A stretch of 62,634 bases of DNA, the filler included, from Rhabdomonas costata (lineage: Eukaryota), in assembly GCA_019059605.1 (NCBI GenBank). It is 40 parts of 40 records of this genome, joined end to end, with 100 filler letters (N's around TTAATTAATTAA, not from the genome) between each part and the next. Parts side by side here need not be neighbours in the genome. Positions count along the whole stretch, not along the records: positions 37,653 to 39,120 come from JAHMHO010015156.1; positions 39,221 to 40,687 come from JAHMHO010015157.1; positions 40,788 to 42,254 come from JAHMHO010015158.1; positions 42,355 to 43,822 come from JAHMHO010015159.1; positions 43,923 to 45,390 come from JAHMHO010015160.1; positions 45,491 to 46,958 come from JAHMHO010015161.1; positions 47,059 to 48,526 come from JAHMHO010015162.1; positions 48,627 to 50,092 come from JAHMHO010015163.1; 32 more parts are not named here. The stretch is one strand, 5' to 3'. Below are positions 38,818 to 51,660 of this stretch, piece by piece. Each line of letters begins with the position of its first letter. The first letter of the stretch is position 1. Under the pieces are notes generated by a model. The model saw only the letters and a list, made by a program, of their open reading frames with translations. It did not search any database and was not told the origin of the DNA. The position numbers were made by a program, and so were the translations under genes.

Positions 38818-39075
38818 ATGTCCACTTCCTCCTTCGGGGAGGCTCAACCTTTGCTCCCTGCGTCTGGCGGCGCGCGCGCGCGGCTGCTGTCGTTGGGTCT
38901 GGGATACGTGTGCCTGTCCTGGGTAATCCTCTTCTGGGTGGTGCAGTCTGAGGCCGCACAGTGCTTGCAACGAGGGGGTTGTCTTGGGGTGCGGGAAGCC
39001 TTCAACAAGCCTTACTTTATGACTTGGTGGGACCACAACGGGCAGGCTGCAATGGTGCCCCTGTGTGCGGTGGTG
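38818..39075 (+). CDS. N-terminus of an SLC35F-like (DMT/EamA) transporter
   Basis: ATG at 38818; a TM helix, then WVVQSEAAQCL...FNKPYFMTWWDH, resembling the SLC35F/Thi74 W..s.e..q...f.KPff.Ty motif. The 3' end runs into a fold-back artefact. Confidence 0.55.
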
Positions 39076-39527
39076 CCACCAAGTCATAAAGTAAGGCTTG
39101 TTGGAGGCTCCCCACACCCCNNNNNNNNNNNNNNNNNNNNNNNNNNNNNNNNNNNNNNNNNNNNTTAATTAATTAANNNNNNNNNNNNNNNNNNNNNNNN
39201 NNNNNNNNNNNNNNNNNNNNCCCCATCCAGCTGCTGAGGACGTCTTCAGCAGCTGGAAGGGCTTTCAACCGTTCACATTTGCGTCGTCGTTCTCCGCTAA
39301 CTCCCACCGGAGGAACGCATACTCCCAGGTGCCCCCCCCATCCAGCTTCTCTTCACTTCTATGCACTGTTCCTTCTCAGATCAGGAGATGAAGTGCAGTT
39401 CCTTTCCAACCCAAAGATAAGGAACTCCAAACGTCAGGAAATTAATCTGCACAGAAACCCGGAGGATCTACGGTGTCTCCATAGCAGCCCCAGGTTTTAT
39501 GTCTGTTGGAGTCTTTACGGTGCGCAG

Positions 39528-40673
39528 ATCTTTTCCAGTTGCAGGCGGACAATGATCAAGAAGATGGTCAAGCCTGAGGAGGTGAGTACGAGCAGAACTC
39601 TCGTTTCGATTTTCCTTCTTCCTTCTGTCGGCGCGTTTTTTGTTTCTGTTGTTTGTAATATCATTTTCACTGTCTTTATTTCCGCAAAAAAAAATCAATG
39701 ACCCAATGAGTTTTCTTTCCCAAACCGCCTGCCCACAGCACGGCTTTTATTTTCCTCATCTCCACAACTCCCCCTACTTTCGCCTTGTGGCTGTGAATAT
39801 TGTATTGCTCTAAGCGGTGCCTGTGGATAGGGTATATATATACTGTTCTGCCCAGTGGTTATGTTCACGTGATGGAAAATTGAAGTTTCGGAGCAAAGCG
39901 ACGAAATTTGAATTTTGTGAGGAAATGGGGGGGGGGTGATATCGGGTGGTGGTTTTGTTTGTTTCTTATGCAATGAAGGGTCATCATATCGGCATTCTTT
40001 GGAATCAGGGTTAGGGTTAGTGTTAGGGTTAGGGTGAAGCATAAATTATTGTTATATGCGCCAATTCAGGCAAGTTGAAAACAAAGCAGCAATGTGTACA
40101 GATTCTATGAAAGGAAAAATAATTAAGGACAAATAATTAATCGTAAAAGCAGAACTGTAAAACAGGATGTGAGGAGAAAAAACATGGGGTACGGCGAGGA
40201 ACTGTTGGCGGAAGCGGCGGCCATCCCGGTGATTGGACGGGAGGGGAGTGCTGACGCATTCATTTTCAAAGAGTCGGATGATGACGTCCTCTTTTTTCTC
40301 CTCGTCTTGGCGTTGATTGTCATGTTGGAGGGGGATGGGAGCTCTCTTTCCAGTGCCTTGATTGTCATCTTCTCGAGGGTGACTGTCTTGTGTGCTCTCG
40401 CAGGGAGTTGCTTGTCTTTCTGACGCATTTGGACTACGAGGACACGGAGAGCATAATGCTCGACAAGCTGGCTGCTCAGGTCCTAGCCCGTTTTGTATGC
40501 TTTATGGGTTCCCAAGCACAGTTGAGTGTGAAGCACAGGGGCGCACCTGAGACGTCAGAATGCCATTCCTTTTTCTGTCTTACTCGTTGTCCCACAGGTT
40601 GATCGCACGGAGTGGAGCTGGCACAACCTCAACACGCTGTGCTGGGCCATTGGATCCATCAGCGGCGCGATGA
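39528..40673 (+). CDS. XPO1: Exportin-1 (CRM1) internal exons (39528-39581, 40404-40479, 40598-40673)
   Basis: [60 protein letters not shown] are highly conserved CRM1 sequences with GT-AG borders. Confidence 0.95.
40007..40034 (+). repeat. Short interstitial telomere-type (TTAGGG)n tract
   Basis: AGGGTTAGGGTTAGTGTTAGGGTTAGGG inside the XPO1 intron. Confidence 0.8.
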
Positions 40674-40823
40674 GTATGAACTTTCGCNNNNNNNNNNNNN
40701 NNNNNNNNNNNNNNNNNNNNNNNNNNNNNNNTTAATTAATTAANNNNNNNNNNNNNNNNNNNNNNNNNNNNNNNNNNNNNNNNNNNNGGTTGTGGGTAGG
40801 AGGCAATGTGTGGACTCCTGCAG

Positions 40824-42007
40824 GCCATCTCCCGCTGCCGTGGGCTGACCGAACTGGGGCTGGAGTGGAGTTGTGACTCCGCTGAGTCGTACGTCGAGGC
40901 TATTCGTCAGCTGGCCCCCCTCGCAGAAGGGTTGCCCAAGCTCACTACTCTCTCCATCGACCTCTTGGGGGCCTTTCGCTCTTTCGGCAATATTATGAAT
41001 CCGTCAGCCTTTCTCAAGTCTTGCTCCCGAGTGAAAAGACTCACTCTTGACCTGTCGTACTCATCCGATGTCGATCTCGAGGAGCTGGCTCAGAACCTGT
41101 GCGGGATGGGTGAGTTGAGAGATTTGACCCTTCGCCTGCCGCACTGTAATCCTATTGTGGAGAAGCTACAGCACCTCCATCCTCTGCTGACCCAGCAAGG
41201 CAAAGGCCTTCAGCGGCTGGCTCTTTACGTGGAGCACAATCAGCGGTGGTGTTCTAGCTGTCGGTGTGGGAGAAGGGCGTTATTCACGTTTTGTGGGAGT
41301 GACAGAAACCAGCCACCATCCTGATCAGTAGGTGCAGCAGAAATTATCGCTGAAAAAGACTTGCCAGTTTCTCGACGGCACCCGAGTCGACGAGACGTCA
41401 CTCGCCCAACCTGCTCAAGACAACTTGACGACCTATTAATTCGGTCCGGAGCATTTTTGGGAGATAAACCGTATTACACCGCCCTCCCCAAGAAAAATGT
41501 GACAGCCAATTGCTGTTTGCTTTTGATGAATGTACCAAAAAAAACCATAACAACAGAAACACCATGCCAAAACGAAGCGCACCAAAGGTAGTTGTGAAGT
41601 GAGATGCCGCCATTTGCTTGATTACCATGCAACGGACACCACATAGCCTGGATAGCGCCCCGTTCCCCTGATAGCAAGGAACAAGACAGCTTGTCGACGC
41701 GGACCTCGCCCTGCTGGCTCCGTTTGCTGGAGTTCCCTCACTGGAGCTCGACCTTTCAGGAAACTCTGCCCTCACCACAGCAGGGTTGATTCAGCTGCTG
41801 TGTAGTTTAAGTGTAAGCTCGATTTTGCGCAGGCTTGCTATAAGGATCAGCTACACCGCGGTGAGTGGCCCGGAGCTCGTGGCTTCGTTGCCCGGGATCG
41901 GGTGGTCGCCAAGGCTGTCGTTTTTGAAGCTTGCCACGGGCAAGGGATGGGACGATCCCAACGCGGCCAGCGGTGAAAGGAAGTTGGTTCATGTCCTAAC
42001 CTTCTGA
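40824..42007 (+). CDS. RNI-like leucine-rich repeat protein, last two exons (about 40824-41245 and 41690-42007)
   Basis: Repeated LxxLxL units (LTELGL, LTTLSI, VKRLTLDL, LRDLTLRL, LQRLAL, LELDLSGN, LRRLAI); stop at 42005-42007. Confidence 0.7.
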
Positions 42008-42643
42008 GGTATCCTTCCAGAATATGCGCCTTTGTGTTTACGATGCAGGAGAGTTAGCTTGCAAATGACTCATTACTCCATTTCCCGGAAACGGGGTTGG
42101 AGTGAGCCTGACATTTATTTGGAGGCTTATACAATGTCGCAGGGCGTTTTTCTGCTCTTCGCTCGTTTTTGGATGCTTTTGTTGTGAGAATCTTTCTTAT
42201 GCGTGGGACTCAGGACCGACGACATGAACAGCACGAATGGCCTCCATCCAAACANNNNNNNNNNNNNNNNNNNNNNNNNNNNNNNNNNNNNNNNNNNNTT
42301 AATTAATTAANNNNNNNNNNNNNNNNNNNNNNNNNNNNNNNNNNNNNNNNNNNNGGGGGTTGGGTTTTGTTTGTGTGGTCATCATTACCAAGGATAATGA
42401 TCGTATGCCGCCGCAGCGTGCAGCTGTTGCGCTGAGAAGTTCATGTGGAAGCACTACGTGGCGCTGTAAGCGGACATCCGGGGCATCCCGAATCCCCGAG
42501 TCTCCTCTCTGTTTTCTTCATGAAGCAGCACACACTCTCATTATGGAAATAAATTGCTGCATCAAGAGGCACACCACATTATTCGAGATTCCACTGCCAC
42601 ATTATTCGGACTCGAAATGCTGTGAGAGTCTCGCTCCAACAAA

Positions 42644-43045
42644 TCACCAAAATTCATCTTTCTCATCGTCTCTATTCATCTCCTTGGCACACCATTTTTG
42701 GAGGGCAGCCACCTTGGTCCACGGCAGGGCCAAGGCATCTGGCCCTCCAAGATTACTGGCCGGCAGCCGAACCTCCGTATCCAGCACACAGCGGTAGCCC
42801 CGTGCCTTGGCATAGCACTGCTTGGTAGAGCTCTGGAACGCGTACCTCCCCCACAGCAGTGCCGAAGGTCCAGAGCACACCACAGCTATCTGGCCGAGCG
42901 GTGGCCCAGCAGCTTCCTGGGGAGTATCCTTGCTCGCAGCCACTGTAGGCTGCACACGAGAGGATGAGTTGCGGGAAACCTGCAGGGAGGAATGCCCTCC
43001 ACTGCCCTTTACACCATCGGCAGTATAGGAAACTGACCGCTGCTG
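42644..43045 (-). CDS. GT34 (GMA12/MNN10)-like glycosyltransferase exon
   Basis: IAVV....TKQCYAKARGYRC....PWTKVAALQK fits the K..YA..hGY....W.K..a motif of GT34; a DxD motif is expected in the next exon. Confidence 0.6.
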   Translation of the reverse strand, partial: QQRSVSYTADGVKGSGGHSSLQVSRNSSSRVQPTVAASKDTPQEAAGPPLGQIAVVCSGPSALLWGRYAFQSSTKQCYAKARGYRCVLDTEVRLPASNLGGPDALALPWTKVAALQKWCAKEMNRDDEKDEFW

Positions 43046-45499
43046 GACGTGGAAAACCACTACCGGAAGAAAAGCCCCCCACAGCAGCACATTAACGTTT
43101 TCAAAAAAAAAAAGGATCACCTCCGAAGCACGGTGTTGGTGCGGTCTAGGTGGGAATCGCATCCTATCAATTTTCAAAAGTGGTCGCAGGACCCCGAAAA
43201 TATTACAATATAACGCTGGGATATCTTACCGATGAGCTAGAAAAACGCCACTGTATTGGGGCCAGGGACCTTCAGATTCCAGCTGTGTTCCAGAGTAATG
43301 TCTGCAAATTCCGTGGGGGCCCTTCCTCAGGTGAACGGTGCCACGGCACCTGCCTTGTGCCGTGTGCAGACACGGTGTGACTCTTCCAACCCGAGATGCT
43401 CCGCCGGGACGCGAAAGCAATGTCCTGGGACGTTTCACTCTGAGGGAGCACCGCGGGTGAGCCTCTACCACGGCCAAACCGCGAACGTTGCAGCAGAAGC
43501 AAAACCATCCCCAGGCTAACCCAGAGCCAAAGCCGCGAAGAGAAGCAGGTGCATCCCATTACAGCATCACGGAATAGCTTGAGGGAAGACTGAGGAGCAG
43601 CATCGAGACCTCGACTGCCTCGTCCCCTCGACTGTCATTATTATTGGAGCAAAACCATAATGCACAACCAGCAGAACAGTTGTGCAAAAAAATGAGAGGG
43701 ACTAGATGGAAGCAAATATGGTCACAGCACACCAACCGGCGAAAAAAGGCGATGCAAGAGGAGCTTTTTCTTGCCAGCCTCCCGAGTCTCTTCTATACCC
43801 CGGTAATTGATTTGCGTGTTATNNNNNNNNNNNNNNNNNNNNNNNNNNNNNNNNNNNNNNNNNNNNTTAATTAATTAANNNNNNNNNNNNNNNNNNNNNN
43901 NNNNNNNNNNNNNNNNNNNNNNGTTGGGGTATTCGTGTGCGCGCATTCTTTTTCTGCCCTGCGGTTTCTTTGCATGAGGCGCGATGAGCTTTCTACCTAC
44001 CATCCCGTTCCTACAATGGAAAATTCCCCCACAACAGGATGGTAGGTAGAAAGCTCATCGCGCCTCATGCAAAGAAACCGCAGGGCAGAAAAAGAATGCG
44101 CGCACACGAATACTCCGAGCCACCGGAAGAAGACCAACTGATACTGATACTGATAAGGCTCCCGAAGCGGCCTTTTGTAAATACAGCAGGCCTTCAGAGC
44201 CATCACTTTAGCAAGGTCAAGAGGAATGACTGAGCTGTGATACACTTCATCGCAAGCTTTCCCGGCAGAACTCTCAAACCCTTCGATCTAAAGGCATCAG
44301 AATCGCTTCACTCCGTTCGACTTTTACTCCAGCGCGGAGTGCGCACTGTTGATTCCCATCATCCACGACCATCCGCCGCCATCTTGCAGCCTAGCGCCAT
44401 GCTTAATGACGATAGCGATAGCGATTCTGAACTGCCTGTCACAGAGAAGGGTGCTCCGCCTGTGATGCGTGCCTGGATAAGGTCCGCCAGAATGATGTTA
44501 AGGAAGTCCACCGTGAGATCACTGGTCATGATTGCAACGGCTGAGCCGGTCGGCGAAAGCACCACTGAGAAAGCGTTGAAGAAAAGCATAGTCACACGAG
44601 CAGTTTGCATTTACCTCAAACCACTCCGTAGCACTGTGCGTGATGCGACGAGACTCCATCCTCAGGGATACCCAACAATCTGCAAATCCCGCCAATGTTT
44701 TTGTAACGGTCCCCATCAGAATGTGCATCTACATTCACTCTCACCTGCCTCAAAACCTGGCAGCTTGGCAGACATAAAAAAGCATCGTGTGCTGAATGGG
44801 TTGGCGGTGCAGTTGAGGACCTGCGTAGTAGCTGACCCAAGTGCGGTTTTGCCAGAAGTATGCACTCGTCCACCAACTGGTAACCCCAGGAGTCAGAGTT
44901 GCCTCGCTTGAGTTCGAAAACTTTGACCAGCTCAAGGCAACCGGGACCCCCATTGAGTCAACGATCCACTCCGTTTGAGTGAACGTGCTCTGTTGAGAGA
45001 ACCCAACAAAAACGCACAAGTGAAACGAAACCAATTACAATCCGTCATAGTCATGGGCGGTGAAGGTGCTTGTCCGCTCGTCGAACCAAATGCCAGTCTC
45101 CAGTTCTTCCCCTCCCCGAGTATTTATTTGCAGGGTCTTTTCAAGGGTGCCTTGGTGGCGAAAAGACACTGCGTGGCAGGGGACATGTGAATCAGGGCTT
45201 CGAGAGTATCAGATCGAGATCGGTCACAAACATGAGGTAAATGATGGGCGCAACCCTTTTGGTCTCTAAGAAAAAGAAGAATGTTATAAAACGAGCCCAA
45301 ACAAACTCAAATTAAATGCCGCATTGCTTCCCGTTCCCGAAGGCCATGACCATCTACAAATAATTCGATAGGTAAGGACTCAAAAACAAANNNNNNNNNN
45401 NNNNNNNNNNNNNNNNNNNNNNNNNNNNNNNNNNTTAATTAATTAANNNNNNNNNNNNNNNNNNNNNNNNNNNNNNNNNNNNNNNNNNNNTTTTGTGGG

Positions 45500-45755
45500 T
45501 CTTGCGCAGAGGCTTGATCGAACACACAGGTGCCCCCGCTGCACAAACTTGAGTTTATCGTCGTCAGCGGGGTTCCAGGAGCGGTCTGTGACACCACCAG
45601 GAGCTCCAGTGTGGTCAGGCCTTGGGCTCGGGTATTGGCATTGGCCGCGCTGGTCGAGGCGATGATGAGAGGCATGAACTTCTTGATGAGAGCGGTACTT
45701 GTGACGCTAAAGATCAGGACCGTGTCATTCAGGCAGTCCACCGGAATATAGGCTG
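45500..45755 (-). CDS. Exon of an uncharacterised, probably extracellular protein
   Basis: Open, codon-biased frame after a cag acceptor, with N-x-S/T sequons and CSGGTCVF; no family recognised. Confidence 0.4.
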
Positions 45756-47058
45756 CAAGTGCGATGAATTGATGAGAACTCAGCGGGAGTGAGAAATAAG
45801 AGAAATTTGTCGAGCTATTCCTTTGGACCACGTTTTGACAGCGCCATCAACGCAATCATCACTGGCAGTATGACGCGGCGGTCAAGGGAGGGGGGGAATT
45901 CAACGGTATAACACCGTTTTACATTGAAGGACGAAACGAAACCAAGGGCGCCCGGACCGGCGCCCCCAATCACAGGGTATATGCTTCGGTTTGACTTTGA
46001 CTCGGCATTGCCACATAAGATCGAAATCTGTCCCCAGGCAACGTCCCCGCCTCAGCCACCTCTCCAGCTGCGCGCCAGTGGGCCTCCACCCCCCAAAACG
46101 ATCCTCTCCTGCTTGTTGCGAAAAGCACCCCGGAAAGAGTTCCCACCAGCAATGAAAACCAATGTCAAATACCACGGAAAGACGAAACATATTGTTTTAT
46201 GTATCATGACATGGTTGTATACCGGTTATTCCGTTTAACACCCCCTCCCCTCAATAGACCAATTTGGCGCACGCATGGCCACGGCTCCGAACGGATGAGC
46301 AGAAAAAGGAACAAAACCTGGAAAAGGAGGATCAAACCCATTGACATTCATAGAAACCATAAAGCTAATATGCAGGAACGATGACCCGTGCCCCGTGCGC
46401 AAAAAAACAAGCAGAATTTAAGAATACCAGGTGTCCCGTATGAAGTACACACAGTGTTGTTGAAAAAAAGCACGATATCTTGCCACTTGGGTCTGACGTT
46501 ATTGTGGAGTGTGGTGAAGTTCCACTGGACTGGTGGAATGTCTTGGGCCGCGTTGCATGCTCGTATACAGGAAAGAAAACAAAAAACAGACGGGGAGGAA
46601 GAAGACAAAGCAGAATCATCGGGTCAGCGACAGGACGGCAGGCCTTCCATGTGCGTGTGCGCGTGTCCGTCCACGTAAGTCCGGATTTTCGCCCGTGACA
46701 GTCCTTCTCGCCCCCCCCCGGAGAGCCCAAATTTAGTGCGTGGTCGTCTCTTTCTACATCGCCGTGATCGCTCTGCTCTTTGGTATGGTATACTGTGGTA
46801 TACGAAGAGTGGGGATGGGAAGGGAAGGGAAGAGAGCAATTGCAAGTAGATGGTGGGGGAGGGGTACAGGCGGAAAGGAAAGGAGCGGTACAGGCGGTGG
46901 GGTGCACACCCCGTGAAAGTAAAAATAAACAAAAACGAAAAAACCTGCAAACACACAANNNNNNNNNNNNNNNNNNNNNNNNNNNNNNNNNNNNNNNNNN
47001 NNTTAATTAATTAANNNNNNNNNNNNNNNNNNNNNNNNNNNNNNNNNNNNNNNNNNNN

Positions 47059-48110
47059 TTTCGGTGGTCCGGGGCTGGGGTTCGATGTCGGGAAAGGGTT
47101 CATGTGTGGTTCGTCGTGGAGTTCGGGAAGCGTGGGTTTGGAGGGATCGTTTCGGGTTCGGAGTTCGGGTTCATGGGGTTGCTTCTTTTGACATTTTAAG
47201 TTCGCTATCGGCATCGGGGTTGGAATCGGGTGCTTGCGTGGGTTGCTTCTCTTGGCCTTCTGGGTTCGGGGTTCTTGGTGCTTGGTTTCGGTCCTTCCGC
47301 ATAGGTTGTGTGCAAGGCTTGCCTGTGTGCACTGGTTTCGGCATTCTGGGTTCTGGTTTCGCCTCTCTGGGTTTGGGTCTGGGTTCGGGGTTGCGGTGGG
47401 TGCTGGCGTGGGTCGATGTGAGTGCTTGTGTGTGCTTCTGTGTCGGGTTTCGTCTTCGGGTTCGGCTTCTGCATTGGCGGTGTGGGTATGCCTGCCGGTC
47501 TTCGGCCTTCGCGTTCTTGGTTCAGGGTTCCTGTTGTGCTGCGGTTACTCTTGTGTTGTTGAACTTACGGGCTCTTTGCTGGATCAGACGGTTGTTTTCT
47601 ATGGTGCGTTTATTGGGGGGTTGTGTGTTGCTGTGGTGTAGGTCGCGTGGTATTCGTAGGTTTGTGGCGGTGCATTCGTGGGCGTAACATTCGGTGTTGG
47701 AGATGGTTGGTGCATGGTATGGCGACTTTGTAGGCGGTTACGGGTGGTGTGGATCTTGCGTCTTTTTGTGGTGAGGTTGCTTCTGTGGGTCATCAGTAGT
47801 AGTGGGAGCTGAACGGTGTAGATTCTCGGTTGGTGGGCAGTGGTGCTTTGGATCTGGGTATGGTGCGTATGGTGCTTGTGGATCAGCCTTTGTTTGTGGC
47901 GTGTGGTTCCTCGGTGTGTCTTGCCTTTTTTAGTGTGGACCTCATTCCTTGCTATTCGGTTCCGGCTCTTGGTGTGAAGTTTGATGCCATTCCTGGCATG
48001 GCTTCGTGTGTGTGAGAGTGCTTTGTGTCCTGGTTAGTTCTCCGGTTAATGCGCTGCGCTGTCTTGTGGTGTCATAGCGAATTCCGTTGCGTCAGCTCTC
48101 TTGGTTTCGT
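47059..48110 (+). repeat. G/T-skewed low-complexity tract with TTCGGG/GGGTTC variant hexamers
   Basis: About 1 kb strongly depleted of A on the plus strand; similar composition at 1-400. Confidence 0.7.
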
Positions 48111-49825
48111 GGTACGGCACACCGCACCACAAAAACAGAAAGGGGGGGAGAAGGAAGAAAGTGCGACCTTGACGAAATGGAAAGCGTGTCACATGGGGTA
48201 AAGGAACGCCAGGAACAAAAGCTCGAATCGGCGCGGGCAGAACCGTCGCGCCAGGGTAGGAAAAAAGTCTAAGAATCTAAGATGATTTAACAGCGACTCT
48301 AATACGCTGCAACTGCGAGAAGCATTCCGGCCCAAAAGCACAGGCTCAGAAGGTACACCAGATACCGTCACCAAAGCCCCCCCCCCCCAAAGCAAAACAA
48401 TGAATTTGTAGTCCACTTTACCAACGGGGGCCGTGTCAAAACCAAGAGGTTCTCGGGAGGGCGGGACTGAACAGTCGGATGGAGGCGCGCAGACACAAGC
48501 ACACAAAAACGGGTGCACAAAACACCNNNNNNNNNNNNNNNNNNNNNNNNNNNNNNNNNNNNNNNNNNNNTTAATTAATTAANNNNNNNNNNNNNNNNNN
48601 NNNNNNNNNNNNNNNNNNNNNNNNNNAGTCGTTCGATCGAGCGAATTCGGCGTTGCAGCGCTTTGACAAACGAGTACGACAGGGTGATTTCTTCTGTTGG
48701 AGCGGGTGGATGAGTTAGAGATTTCCTAAGGGGTGGTCGATGCTCCGTAAAGTGAACACGTCGCTCTGTAGCACTTCTGTATACATGGTCAGACACACAC
48801 CCATTTTCGGGGCCACAGAAAAATACCCATGGTGGCACGTAAGCAGCACACAGGTTTTGCACGACTTGGACGCAAAGGCACAAAGGTGCGGTAGAGATTG
48901 GGAGGAAGCGAAGTTGAGACAAGGGGGAATGAGAGGTAAGCATTTGTTCAGCTGATGGTGAGAATTGGTATGTCAAATGGGGAGGAGGTCGGCAAGGCAG
49001 GAAAGAAAGGGGGCGTGGTGGTGGTGAGAAGAGAAAAGAAAGAGCTGAAAAGAGGGGTTATGTGGGAGAGAGGGGAGTGTCGCAACCAGGAAACTTCTCC
49101 AATTCTCCAGTTGAGGAGAGGTGTACATAAAGCTTACGAAAGAATATTTAAGGATTCATGCTGCTTATGGTACGTAAGTATGAATCCGAAAGCACGAAGG
49201 TCCACATGCAAACATCATTCAGCAAGCAGCAAGCAGCAAACAAACATCAAAACATGGGATTCCAGGAAGAAAGGGCGGTCTTGGCAAAACGGAAAGAACT
49301 TCGGAAATCCGAAATTCGCCTTTCTTTGGGAGGTGTTGTTCAGCAAATTGTCAAAACGGCAATTGTGAAGTTTGTGGATCTGCCACCGAAACGTTCTGTC
49401 TGCGGGAGCCCTGCGCACCAAGGCTTCTGCGCCGTGCTGTGGCTCAGGGCCACTGAGAACTCTGTGTATGGCCGTGGGACGACAGAAGGACAGCGGGTAA
49501 AGCAGGAAACGAACGGCCTTCTTTTCAGTGTGGGTCGGAGAATACAGGCTCCCATCCAGCGTTGTGGTATGGCGTTCTCGCTGCTTATTCTTTTGGTGCT
49601 TTGGAAGATGTTGATCAAAAACGAAACATTCAACTCGCCATCCCTCCCCACCATATTATGTTGATTTTCGGCCTCCACATCGATTCGAGCCCCCTCCGCT
49701 CGGATTCCTCCAAACAAAATTCACCACTTGAAGGATGGGTGAAAGCAGCCCCCCACCCCCGCTCCCCAGGCAAGACTACCACAACGGAAGCAAGACTTGC
49801 GACTTCCGTCCTGAAAGCGCACGAC

Positions 49826-50086
49826 CTGAAGCGAGCTCTCGCTCATGGTGTGCACGCTGGTGATGCCTTCGTTGCCCGTCCGCCACGACGCCATCCACAG
49901 CGCGATTGCCGGCCCCACCGTGAACACGCACAGAGAGACTACGATCACGAGTTTCAGAGGGACCCGAAACCCGCCCTTGCCCCAGGCCTTTGCAGGGTTC
50001 ACGCCCAGAAGCGCTGTGCTGGCCACGCTGCGATACGTGGCGAGGGGAGAGTGGTCGACGCAGTAGGCTGCGCTGGCGTTGACCAC
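49826..50086 (-). CDS. Exon with an N-terminal TM helix, possibly a receptor-type nucleotidyl cyclase
   Basis: FRVPLKLVIVVSLCVFTVGPAIALWMASWRTG followed by an amphipathic helix; donor CAG|gtcgtg. The family assignment is inference only. Confidence 0.4.
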
Positions 50087-50899
50087 ACCCCCNNNNNNNN
50101 NNNNNNNNNNNNNNNNNNNNNNNNNNNNNNNNNNNNTTAATTAATTAANNNNNNNNNNNNNNNNNNNNNNNNNNNNNNNNNNNNNNNNNNNNGTGGTTGT
50201 TGTAGTGATGTGAAACACTCAATTAGCGCCGCACTTTTTGGAGCATTCCACATCACTTCCACAACGAGCCAAGGAACTCCCTAAGTTCGGCAATCGCCTT
50301 CCCCCCTACTCTGCTGCCCCGGTCCCACTGCGAGAAGGTGAGCGGGGCGCCACCAAAGGTGTGCCCGAGCCCGAGCCCTCGCGGTGCAGCGGAGACTCAG
50401 GGGGTGTGCGGGTGCCCGTGGAGGACGAGCCAATCCGCGCCACCCCTCCACCACTCATAGACCGTCCGTCCCTCCGCAGTTGCAAAGGATATATATGACG
50501 TGTGCTCTGTGAGGGAGAGTTCTGAAGCTGCGTTTTGGCGAAAGCATCAGACACAGATCATCGCACAGACGCGAACCCGTCGTACAAAAGGAAGTCGCGT
50601 TTCAAACTCCGATACTCTGAAACTGGTGACGGCCATTGATGATCCACAACGACTGACGGAAATTGCCCTCAATTGATGTGCCCGTTTAACCAAGTTCTAG
50701 TTTGAAAGAAGTCTGGCGGGCCGAACGAGCGCAAGCCCCACAGGAGTTGATGATGTCAAAACAAGTATGCCTGTATCAACTACTTCCTAAAGTCAAGGAC
50801 ATCATGCGAGTCTCTCAAGCGAGCAAGACGACAGGCGAGCATCTTTATCGAAATCAGGTAAGAAACCAAAGAAAAACCAGTCAGTCTAAAGTACTAAAG

Positions 50900-51660
50900 A
50901 AACACCGCCTGCACCTTAGTGGCTTCACCGGGAGTGGCTCAATCCGACACTGCAAAGTAGCTTCGCATTAGGACCCCAAAAAATCAAAAGCACAGCAACG
51001 TTTCCATTCACCAGTCTGAGTCCCGCTTTCCACATAAATTCTCACACTGCTTCAGAAGCACCTCCCACTTATCCCTTCTCCCATTGCTGCCTGAACAAAT
51101 CCGTAGTCCGGGTTTGTCGTGCGCACCTAATTGGAGGCGATCTGCGGGTACCGGCCTCCCAGAGCAAATCTTGCGAAAAGTTTTGGGCGTGACAAAATGG
51201 GAAACGCATGGAAAACAGCCACCAACTTGCCCCGCAAGGTAGCCGGAAGGACTGCTGGACTGCACCCGGGCGTGTCTGGAATGCAGTGCTGACAGTTGCA
51301 AGGAGTCGCTGTGGGGTCCTCAAGTTATTGCATAATCGCAGCCTTGTGGCAGTCCCCGTCTTTGATGAGGCGTACCAGAGAGTCCAGCTGCCCCAGCTCA
51401 AGCCTTTCCTGGGACCGGAATCGCTCGTACTCCGAATTTGTGAGTGCACTAAGATCAGACGCAACAATGCGGAAGCGGGAGATCGTGCCCAAACACCTTG
51501 CATAAGGACTCCAAGTCCCCGATCGCGAACGTGCCTTGGCGGGGATGCCCCCCAAAAGACTCATCGCCTTTTGCACGTCTACGCGTGCCCTAGTCCACAT
51601 CGGGACAACGCAGGCCTTCAGGGCTTCCGCAGCCTTGCCGGCGCGCAAAGCGCGGTCGAT
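50900..51660 (-). mobile_element. Decayed CRE/SLACS-like non-LTR retrotransposon, pre-RT region
   Basis: RLIKDGDCHKAAI then QLSALHSRH (G..skA...L and L.aLHP pattern), followed by broken frames. Confidence 0.4.

Noticed and set aside
39420-39515. Possible nonconventional intron in XPO1 with complementary ends (ACTCCAA/TTGGAGT)
   Set aside because: A canonical acceptor at 39527 and an alternative RRIYG|gt donor explain the region equally well; cannot be decided without cDNA.
44237-45390. Long ORF and downstream fragments as a Mutator-like transposase
   Set aside because: Only a vague LEFENFDQLK resemblance; no catalytic motifs recognisable.
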